Assembly: GCA_040770225.1 (NCBI GenBank)
Contig: JAXGJN010000004.1
Location: 34,919-98,918 of the forward strand
DNA: 64,000 nucleotides
Direction: 5' to 3'
DNA from: Anaerolineaceae bacterium
GTDB lineage: Bacteria > Chloroflexota > Anaerolineae > Anaerolineales > Anaerolineaceae
In this document: positions 56,667 to 64,000 of the stretch, in pieces
Layout of the letters: each line of letters starts with the position of its first letter
How positions within the stretch are numbered: position 1 is the stretch's first letter
Position numbers and translations under genes: made by a program
Notes under the pieces: model-generated
Seen by the model: the letters and a program-made list of their open reading frames with translations, nothing else
The model's database searches: none
Told to the model about the DNA's origin: nothing

Positions 56667-56953
56667 TTACAACTAAAACAAAGTCTCCGATGAACCTCAC
56701 AACTTCGTTGCGGGGCAGGTCAGTCTAAAGAGGGGGTAGTAACACCTCATCCACCACTTCTTGGTCCCCCTTCCCCACAGGGGAAGGCAACAAGATGAAA
56801 GGCATTTGACTTCAAGTCTCCGCCTTTCCACTCCCAAAACATCAAGAACGTTCGACTCAATTAACGCTTGAAATGCCCTGATTCAAGCGCTGCTTGATAG
56901 GAATTTTGCCGTCCTGGTTGTATGCTTTGAGTAGATCAAAAAAGGAGTTTGAA

Positions 56954-57169
56954 ATGTTAGTAACCAACAAAATCAATTTATTTTCCTCTCTCTTTGGGAA
57001 AAGCCGATCGACAAATATGGCTAAGGTAAGCGATGGTTTGAAAGCGCTTGGTCATAAGGCTAAAAATCTCATCGATTTGGAAGGAAGAATCGACATCGCA
57101 AAGAGTGAAGACTTTTATAAAGCCCACAACGCTTATGTGAACAGTCCTTTCACCCAGTTGAACAAATAA
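56954..57169 (+). CDS. hypothetical small protein
   Basis: AAAGGAG RBS 7 nt before ATG 56954; no family. Confidence 0.3.
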   Translation: MLVTNKINLFSSLFGKSRSTNMAKVSDGLKALGHKAKNLIDLEGRIDIAKSEDFYKAHNAYVNSPFTQLNK

Positions 57170-57264
57170 GACATTCGTAATCAAATAGTAGAGCTGAAGG
57201 AAATACAAGGAAATTATTGTTACCCAGGCTCTACTAAAATATAATAAGAAAAGAAGAGGTAACT

Positions 57265-58081
57265 ATGTTTGACACAAAAATTATTGGTAAGAAGATCGCC
57301 GCGCTGCGCAAAGCCAAGGATATGACCCAGATGGAGCTTGCAGATCAGATGTTTGTAAGCTACCAGGCAGTAAGCAACTGGGAACGCGGCAACACCATGC
57401 CCGATATTTCCAAGCTAATGGAACTTTCACAAATTTTGGGTGTGAACGTGGAAGAGTTATTGGGCTCGGAAAAAGAGACCACCATTGTCAGCAAGATCAT
57501 CGATCAGTCTGACGATCTCAACCTGGAAGAGGTCGCGGAAGTTGTGGAACTGATGAAGCCTTCCCAGGTGGAAGAAGCCGGAAAAGGCATCCGAAGAGGA
57601 ATATCAGCTGGAGACACTGATCGCATTGGCGCCTCATCTGAATTCGAAACGGCTGGCGCAAATGATCGACAAGACCAGGATCAAAGATCTGTCTCAGCTT
57701 ATTCCCTGGCGCCTTTTTTGGAAAGCTCCCAGTTGGCGAGTATGATCGACCGCCAGCACGGCATGACCGGCAGCTTTGACAAACTGATCGCGCTCGCGCC
57801 TTTTTTAGATGAAGATGACTTGAGCAGTTTCGCTGAACGGCTGTTCAACTCAGAAAAAGGATTCCCAGTACCTCAATGCGTTAGCGCCTTTTATGAGCGA
57901 AAAAACCCTTGGCAAAATTGCCCGATTGATGAACACAGAACAGAAGGAACGCTACCTGGTGGGTCTGGCGCCGTTCATCGACGAAAAGGTGCTGACTGAT
58001 ATTGCCAGGGATCTGATGAAAAATGGAAAATTAAAGATCCTGAAACAATTGATGCCATTCATCGATGAGGATGAGATTTGA
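57265..58081 (+). pseudogene. XRE-family HTH regulator with C-terminal ~29-aa LAPF(L/I/M) repeats, broken by three +/-1 frameshifts
   Basis: HTH MTQMELADQMFVSYQAVSNWERG. The repeat motif continues alternately in two frames, switching near homopolymers 57582-57585, 57704-57706 and 57854-57858. Confidence 0.65.
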
Positions 58082-58181
58082 TCCGGATTATAGGCTGACC
58101 GGACATTGCCCCCAAACTCACTCATAGCCATAAAACAACTTCCAGCGAAACAGTGTTTGAGGTTATGAGTGATTTTGTAAA

Positions 58182-59138
58182 TCAAAACAGATATTTGCGC
58201 ATGGAAAAGTAGCCGGGGCTTTGGATGTATCCAAACTTTCGGTCAATGGCAATCATAGGTGCGTTGAGGGTATTGTGATGCGTCTTCACTACTTTAACTT
58301 CCAAAATATCTCTGGCATAAAGCAAAGCCTGTGCCTTGACTGCCTGGGCTAATTTGCGCCCACGATAAACTTCATCCACTCCCGTGAACAGGTTGTAGGC
58401 ATAATCCTGACCCTCAAATCGGGTGATGGCGCTCATCGCCACCCATTTGCCTGTGTTTTTTTCAATCACGATCATCTGCCCTTCAGGTTTGTACCAATCC
58501 GATTGGCAGACAGATTGTTGAAAATCTTCGAAAGAACTCCAGGAGTGTTCCCCTTCCGATCCCATGGTCTGGCTGGATGTAACATCGTTGAGCAAATAGA
58601 GTTTCTGCTGGTCTTCGTCTGAATTTCCTAAAGCTTCCATGGATGTGAATTCAAAGCCTTGCTTTCTCAAGTCCTCCCGTAGGTGCACATATGGTTGGAA
58701 ATCAAGCTGCCCGAGCTCCAATTGCATACCAATACTATGAGAAATCAATGAAAAACCACGGTGTTCGGCAAAATCGTGGGATTGGGGGAGAGTATCGGGG
58801 AAGTTTGCTCTCAACTCGTGAATTGCCAAAGTTCGGCTGATTCTTTCGACTTCATTATAGAGCAAGCTGCCGATACCCTGCTGCCTGTGCTCCCGGGAAA
58901 CAACAACATAGAAATTGGCGCGTTTGTCGTCAAGGCGGTCCCGGGTGAGCCAATTGAATCCCTTAATTTCACCATACTCTGAGGTGGCGATGCGCAAGCA
59001 AAGAATCCTGTCCTGGTGTTGCTGGTAGTCTTCCCGCAGGGCTTCTTCGGTGGTGGGGTCTTCCATTTCTACCGTAAACAACCTGGCAAGTGGTGCAAAA
59101 TCTTTTACAGGATCCATATTGCGAATATATGTCGTCAT
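58182..59138 (-). CDS. tandem GNAT-family N-acetyltransferase
   Basis: Two acetyl-CoA motifs (HRQQGIGSLLY; YRGRKLAQAV). Confidence 0.8.
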   Translation of the reverse strand: MTTYIRNMDPVKDFAPLARLFTVEMEDPTTEEALREDYQQHQDRILCLRIATSEYGEIKGFNWLTRDRLDDKRANFYVVVSREHRQQGIGSLLYNEVERISRTLAIHELRANFPDTLPQSHDFAEHRGFSLISHSIGMQLELGQLDFQPYVHLREDLRKQGFEFTSMEALGNSDEDQQKLYLLNDVTSSQTMGSEGEHSWSSFEDFQQSVCQSDWYKPEGQMIVIEKNTGKWVAMSAITRFEGQDYAYNLFTGVDEVYRGRKLAQAVKAQALLYARDILEVKVVKTHHNTLNAPMIAIDRKFGYIQSPGYFSMRKYLF

Positions 59139-59305
59139 GGCAATCCTTTCTGAAAGCCAGTAGGTGTCGAAAAATCAGTATCTATTGTGTGATTTGATGA
59201 ACAGTAATTGTATTGCGTTTTTTAATACAGGTAATGAAGTTGCTTGTGGAAAAAGAAGTGGATTGAGATTGAGAATGGCGAATTAGTGGGATTAAGATAA
59301 GTAAA

Positions 59306-59325
59306 AGAGACCTTTGCAGGTCTCT
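59306..59325 (-). terminator. tRNA-Leu terminator
   Basis: Minus strand reads AGAGACC-tgcaa-AGGTCTCT followed by TTTT. Confidence 0.7.
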
Positions 59326-59327
59326 CA

Positions 59328-59411
59328 TAGGGCGGGTGGGGGTCGAACCCACACAGTGTCACCACCGACGGATTTTAAGTCCGTTGCGTCTGCCTATTCC
59401 GCCACCGCCCC
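59328..59411 (-). tRNA. tRNA-Leu(UAA), class II with long variable arm
   Basis: Hand-folded: acceptor GGGGCGG/CCGCCCT, anticodon arm ACGGA-CTTAAAA-TCCGT, T arm GTGGG-TTCGACC-CCCAC. No encoded CCA. Confidence 0.92.
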
Positions 59412-59491
59412 GAAACAGTAACGGTTATTTTACCATTATCCACGATTTTTATTGCGGCAGTTTGAAAAAATGGTGGTGTTTTGGCGGCGGT

Positions 59492-59557
59492 GTAGGGCGG
59501 TATGAGGTGGGTTGAATCAGAGTTGTTATGAGAGCTTTGGATCCACCTCACTCCGCC
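59492..59557. repeat. REPIN doublet (GTAGGGCGGTATGAGGTGGG ... CCACCTCACTCCGCC)
   Basis: Long arm matches the reverse complement of 61990-62009 at 19/20 nt. Confidence 0.75.
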
Positions 59558-59746
59558 GAATGGAAAGGACGCCTGTAAACATCGGAGTGAAATTTTGTAG
59601 AGTTTACAATTTGCTATGGTTCCATCGCAGTCTCATTCCAACCTAGACGAACGGGGCAAGCAGGCCAGCCCTCGACGAATGATGGGGTTTCCCCGTTTTG
59701 CATCTCGAGGGTAAAATGGAGGCAAGATCTGTAAATAGGCTGAACC

Positions 59747-60227
59747 ATGAAAACGAAACGACCAATCACTTTACTCATTTTTGCTATCGCTCTGCTGTTG
59801 ATGGGGATAGCCTTCGCGGCGAGACGCGTTGTACCCACCGAAACCGCCAGCCAGGCGCAAACCCTGAGCGACTGGGCGCACGGCAGCGCTGGGACGCTGA
59901 AAGTGATGGTGAGCTACCCTACTGAGCTGCTGACTAATCAGAAAAATGAGATCATGCTCACCTACGAAGCTGACCCCACCCTCCAGCAAAATCTGGCTTT
60001 ACGGCTATGTTTTTGACGCAGAATTTAATGCCGGCAGCAGCGTGATCAGTCCACAAAAACGGTTGCTAGTCCCACTTGAAAGTGGTCGTCGCAGCTTCTC
60101 CTGGCAGGTCGTACCTTTTGGAAGATCAGAGATCAGTGGAAGCATCCAATTGGGGTTGGGCGGCAGCGATCTGAGCGGTGCCTACGCCATCTCACCCCAG
60201 GTGACCTTTGACATCCGTTTCAAGTGA
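59747..60227 (+). pseudogene. signal-anchored hypothetical protein split by one frameshift (or assembly error)
   Basis: ORFs 59747-60016 and 59946-60227 read through as ...LTYEADPTLQQNLA / LYGYVFDAEFNAG... Confidence 0.4.
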
Positions 60228-60354
60228 GACAGACTAATGGCCTCAGCCCAAACGCTTCGTTTGTTGCCGGGCTGGTTATGGTTGCGGTTGCACTTCTGTG
60301 CCTGGTGATCTTCTTTTGTTGAATAAAAAATATATTGGAGCCAAAGGTTAATTA

Positions 60355-61923
60355 ATGCGCAGACCAAGACTCAAATTACTACCAAATTTACTGTCCAAGA
60401 TTCCTGTGATCACCAAGGGAGAGATCGCCTTGGTGAAGATCCGGGCAGTCACCAGTGATTCCCGCCAGGTTCTACCCGGAGATGCTTTTTTTGCCATCAA
60501 AGGAGAGAGTTTCGATGGATTCGACTACATTCCCTCCGCTATTGAGCGTGGGGCAGCCCTCATTGTTAGCAACCGACCGGAACCAAAGAATCTCGGCATA
60601 CCTTATCTCGAGATCGATGACGACCCACGCAAGGCACTGGCATGGCTGGCAGCCGCCACGCAAAACTTCCCTGCCCGCCAGCTGCGCATGATCGGCGTGA
60701 CCGGAACCGACGGCAAAACCAGCACCTCCAGCATGATCCACCACATCCTGATCCAAAACGGCATCCAAGCCGGCATGATCTCGACGGTGAACGCCCTGAT
60801 CGGTGACCAGGAAATTGACACGGGCTTTCACGTGACCACGCCCGATTCGCCTGCCATTCAGGCTTACCTGGCAGAGATGGTACGCGCCGGCATGACCCAC
60901 TGCGTGTTGGAGAGCACATCGCACGGTCTGGCTCAGGGACGCGCCATTGCCAGTGAATTTGACATCGCGGTGGTTACCAACATCACCCATGAACACCTGG
61001 ACTACCACGGCGACTGGCAGCACTACCTGGAAGCTAAAGGGCTCTTATTTGAAAGTTTGTGGTCAACCCGCCGGAAAAAGATCGGCAACCCCCGCCTGGC
61101 GGTATTGAACAAAGATGACCGCTCCTATGGTTATTTGGAACGCGTTTCACCCCCTGGTCACTTAAGCTATTCCCGCCTGAATCAGGCAGATCTTTGGGCT
61201 GAGAATATCGTGAATACACCGACTGAATTGAGTTTCGATTGCCACATCGACGATTCGGTCTACAAGGTCAAGAGCCCGATGATCGGCATTTACAACGTCT
61301 CCAACTGCCTGGCTGCACTGGCAACCTGCGTCAAGGGATTGGGCATACCGCCTGAGAGGGCTGTGGCTGCCCTGGCGACCCAAAAAACCGTCCCGGGACG
61401 GATGGAACGCATCGACCTGGGGCAAAATTTCACCGCCATTGTCGATTTTGCCCATACACCCAACGCCCTGGCTGTTTCGCTGGAGACCGCCCGCACGCTC
61501 ACGCAAGGCAAGGTGATCGCTGTGTTCGGCTCGGCAGGGCTGCGCGACCGGGAAAAACGGAAGATGATGCCTGTTGAGTCAATTAGACGGGCAGATATGA
61601 GCATTCTGACGGCTGAAGACCCGCGAACAGAATCGTTGGATGCGATTCTGCAAGATATGGCGGACGCCGCTGTTGCTGCAGGTGGGGTGGAAGGTCAGAA
61701 TTTTCTACGGGTGGCAGACCGGGGGGATGCGATCCGCAAGGCTATTGCCCTGGCACAGCCGGGAGATCTGGTGATCTCTCTTGGGAAAGGGCACGAGCAG
61801 TCGATGTGCTTTATCACCACCGAATACGATTGGGACGACCGCACCGCGATGCGGGCTGCCCTGGCAGAACACCTGGGTGTCGAGGGTCCGAAGATGCCTT
61901 GGCTGCCTACCAGCGAGAGCTGA
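60355..61923 (+). CDS. murE: UDP-N-acetylmuramoyl-L-alanyl-D-glutamate--2,6-diaminopimelate ligase
   Basis: GVTGTDGKTST, DSRQV, Mur ligase middle and C-terminal domains. Confidence 0.95.
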   Translation: MRRPRLKLLPNLLSKIPVITKGEIALVKIRAVTSDSRQVLPGDAFFAIKGESFDGFDYIPSAIERGAALIVSNRPEPKNLGIPYLEIDDDPRKALAWLAAATQNFPARQLRMIGVTGTDGKTSTSSMIHHILIQNGIQAGMISTVNALIGDQEIDTGFHVTTPDSPAIQAYLAEMVRAGMTHCVLESTSHGLAQGRAIASEFDIAVVTNITHEHLDYHGDWQHYLEAKGLLFESLWSTRRKKIGNPRLAVLNKDDRSYGYLERVSPPGHLSYSRLNQADLWAENIVNTPTELSFDCHIDDSVYKVKSPMIGIYNVSNCLAALATCVKGLGIPPERAVAALATQKTVPGRMERIDLGQNFTAIVDFAHTPNALAVSLETARTLTQGKVIAVFGSAGLRDREKRKMMPVESIRRADMSILTAEDPRTESLDAILQDMADAAVAAGGVEGQNFLRVADRGDAIRKAIALAQPGDLVISLGKGHEQSMCFITTEYDWDDRTAMRAALAEHLGVEGPKMPWLPTSES

Positions 61924-61944
61924 GAATATTTATATCCCCATAAC

Positions 61945-62009
61945 GGCGGAGTGAGGTGGGTCCAAGGCTCACGTGCATTCACTATCCCGCCCACCTCATT
62001 CCGCCCTAC
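61945..62009. repeat. REPIN doublet, inverted copy of the 59492 element
   Basis: GGCGGAGTGAGGTGGG ... CCCACCTCATTCCGCCCTAC. Confidence 0.75.
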
Positions 62010-62051
62010 GCAAACAAACAAAGATATGAGAGGAAACTGGTTATTGTTATC

Positions 62052-62088
62052 GCCCTCTCCAGCCCACAGTTGGGTGATGGGAGGGGGC
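62052..62088. repeat. GC-rich palindrome GCCCTCTCC...GGAGGGGGC with CCCACAG core
   Basis: Shares the CCCACAG core with hairpin CCTTCCCC-aca-GGGGAAGG at 56769-56787. Confidence 0.45.
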
Positions 62089-62140
62089 TAGGGGGTGGGT
62101 CAATTTCTTTGAATTAATGGGGTTAAGAAAGAAATTCGAT

Positions 62141-62545
62141 TTACTTCTTGTTTTTCTTTCGCTGGATCTGCTGGTACATTTCGCCCAACGTGCCGCCATT
62201 TATCCCTCCAAAAACTGCCATGAATCCAACTAAGGGTGCCAGCAAACCGGACTTCCAGGTCATCAGAACGATCACGACCAGCCCGGCTATACCGCCGTAG
62301 ATGCCATAGGTGGGACCGCGTCGGTCTTTTGCGATAAGGGTGATCAGAAAGCCGATGGTCAGCGAGCCAAGGAAAATGCCCAGCATCAAGGTGGTATCGA
62401 CCCCTTGCATCAAACTGCCATAACGCAGCATCATCGAATCCACCAGACTAAAAAAGAGCAGAGCCCAGGCGATGTTAAGCACCATCGCAAGGATAAGATA
62501 GGCATATTTTGTGCCACGAGGATCAAGCATGCGGCTGAGTTTCAT
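62141..62545 (-). CDS. hypothetical 4-TM membrane protein
   Basis: 134 aa hydrophobic, Lys-rich tail. Confidence 0.5.
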   Translation of the reverse strand: MKLSRMLDPRGTKYAYLILAMVLNIAWALLFFSLVDSMMLRYGSLMQGVDTTLMLGIFLGSLTIGFLITLIAKDRRGPTYGIYGGIAGLVVIVLMTWKSGLLAPLVGFMAVFGGINGGTLGEMYQQIQRKKNKK

Positions 62546-62587
62546 GGACAGAATTGTACCGTAGAAGAGAATTTTTCGGCGCAGTTC

Positions 62588-63556
62588 TTAATTGGAACAG
62601 ACTTGAACGGTATCCTTGAGCGCCTTATCAAAATCACCATGAGCGTAACCCAGGCGGTCCTTTGAAAAATCTGGGTCCAAGAAAGAGTTCTTTGTCTGCA
62701 AATCCACAAAAGCCACAGGGTCCAGTCCACTTTCCTTTCCCCTTGCTTTTATTCCAGCTTCCAGGAACCAAGCACCTAATTTTACAAGCCAATTGGGCAG
62801 GGTAACTACTGGTTTGGCTTTTGCCAGGTGTTTCTGAATGCCGCCGATGAATTCAATCCAATTCAGGTTGTGCGAGACTACCGGATACTCCATGCCAGCC
62901 TCTCCTCTTTCCAGCGCTGCCACCGCCGCCCAACCGACTTCTTCAGCTGAGACCATGGCAGTTCCGCCGGCTGGGTAGAAAACCCAGGGCAGCCAACTCC
63001 CGACGTAATCAACCAGGGGTTTCCACAAAGGCACTTTACCTGGCAACACGCCAAAGATGTAGGGTAACAACAAGAAGCTTACTGAAAGTTGGTCACCGGC
63101 TGCCTGGTTGGCGGCATCGATCTGTGCCAACCGGCTGCGAATATAGGGGTGCTTTTCGCCCAACTTCATCTCAGGCCATTTGCGAGCGAAATAGACAAAA
63201 TAAGAACTGAAAACCACCGCTTTTTTCACACCTGCCTGCCTGGCAAGCCTCAGCAAACGAGCAGTACTTTCAACATTTGCCTTGTAAAAGAAGGGATAGG
63301 CCGGGGCATCCGGAATGGTACGGTCATCCGCTCCTGCCGCAAATATCAAGCCTTCCATACCATCCAATAATGCCAATAGTTCTTCATCTGATAACAGATT
63401 GAGATCTGCCAAAACCTGCCTGACCTGTGGAAGATTCGGCAACTCATCTGGCGTTGGTGTCAGTGAGACACCTGTCACTTCGTATCCATGCTCCAGGAGT
63501 CTTTGTACTGTGTTGTAACCCAAAAATCCTGTATTCCCAACGACCAAAGTTTTCAT
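62588..63556 (-). CDS. NAD-dependent epimerase/dehydratase-family (extended SDR) protein
   Basis: MKTLVVGNTGFLGYN Rossmann motif. Confidence 0.8.
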   Translation of the reverse strand: MKTLVVGNTGFLGYNTVQRLLEHGYEVTGVSLTPTPDELPNLPQVRQVLADLNLLSDEELLALLDGMEGLIFAAGADDRTIPDAPAYPFFYKANVESTARLLRLARQAGVKKAVVFSSYFVYFARKWPEMKLGEKHPYIRSRLAQIDAANQAAGDQLSVSFLLLPYIFGVLPGKVPLWKPLVDYVGSWLPWVFYPAGGTAMVSAEEVGWAAVAALERGEAGMEYPVVSHNLNWIEFIGGIQKHLAKAKPVVTLPNWLVKLGAWFLEAGIKARGKESGLDPVAFVDLQTKNSFLDPDFSKDRLGYAHGDFDKALKDTVQVCSN

Positions 63557-63651
63557 TATCTCTTAACCTCATTTTTTCCGAAGATAACAACGGGCGTGAC
63601 ACAAAGACCAAACAAGAAATCCCACCATGATGGCGTTGTTCGGTACTTAAA

Positions 63652-63999
63652 TCAAGGCAAAACCGCATAGTAAAGTTGGTTGCCGAATGCCAAAAATACG
63701 CGTCGGTCGGGGCTGACATAAAACGCGCTTGCATTTTGTTTTGGCAAGACACCCGCGCTGACCCCCGAGCGTAAGACTTTATTCAGATTGAGGCGCAAGC
63801 TGAATTGATAGAGCTCAGCTTTTTCAGCTTCAAGATAATAGATGGAAGGATCTGGCGGAGGAGAATAGGCAATTTGCTCAAACTTCAGTGTGGCAAAATC
63901 AACGTTGGCACCGCTGATACCCGCATCCAGATAAGGGTAAGGATCATCACAGGTCGTGATCCCTGTAACGAAAGACGCCAGGCAGTGCGAACTGTGCCC
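63652..63999 (-). CDS. C-terminal part of an unidentified protein entering from the right edge
   Basis: Stop-free minus-strand frame from the window edge to TGA at 63652-63654 (my own translation). Not in the supplied track because it has no start codon. Confidence 0.35.
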   Translation of the reverse strand, partial: GHSSHCLASFVTGITTCDDPYPYLDAGISGANVDFATLKFEQIAYSPPPDPSIYYLEAEKAELYQFSLRLNLNKVLRSGVSAGVLPKQNASAFYVSPDRRVFLAFGNQLYYAVLP

Positions 64000-64000
64000 A

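Larger units (their letters stand above)
52044..59411. mobile_element. putative degraded genomic island at tRNA-Leu(UAA) (no integrase retained)
   Basis: Imperfect direct repeat 52044-52093 / 59303-59352 (39/50 identical by hand) covering tRNA 3' end plus terminator. Defence-type and decayed cargo; patchy GC. Confidence 0.45.

Noticed and set aside
52100-59300. Integrase, excisionase or transposase gene inside the tRNA-Leu island
   Set aside because: No ORF on either strand shows recombinase motifs (R..HxxR..Y, DDE or serine-recombinase N-terminus). The island is called degraded rather than mobile.
60472-61023. 183-aa and other minus-strand ORFs inside murE
   Set aside because: These are typical GC-rich antisense shadows of a confidently identified gene.

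Overview
64-kb chromosomal window with about 60 protein genes, one tRNA, and no rRNA or CRISPR array. Most of it is housekeeping or metabolic: serS; a 9-gene V-type ATPase operon that is visibly AT-richer than its flanks; a YgeY/YgeW-like pair; metQNI behind a promoter, structured leader and terminator; a glycerol/dihydroxyacetone supercluster (G3P-dehydrogenase-like genes divergent from glpF-dhaK-dhaL-glpK-dhaM); MarR plus a heterodimeric ABC exporter; deoC; a mevalonate-family decarboxylase; LOG; HAD; CtpA; PepF; long-form Fhs; murE. Accessory content: (i) a 5'-truncated RAYT gene and several families of GTAG/CTAC-capped REP/REPIN palindromes scattered in intergenic gaps. (ii) A roughly 7.3-kb island abutting tRNA-Leu(UAA), bounded by an imperfect 50-nt direct repeat of the tRNA 3' end plus its terminator. 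It carries a tightly coupled operon of an MmeI-like single-chain type IIG/IIL restriction-methylase, a [4Fe-4S] HhH-GPD DNA glycosylase and a DUF6884 (YaaA-like) protein, plus a multiply frameshifted XRE regulator and a tandem GNAT. The RM-glycosylase-DUF6884 operon is my best candidate for an undescribed defence module. The RM gene also has a sharply AT-rich internal segment, which suggests a swapped specificity domain. Taxon guess (unverified, low confidence): Chloroflexota/Anaerolineae-like. All calls come from reading the sequence and ORF translations; no database search was run.
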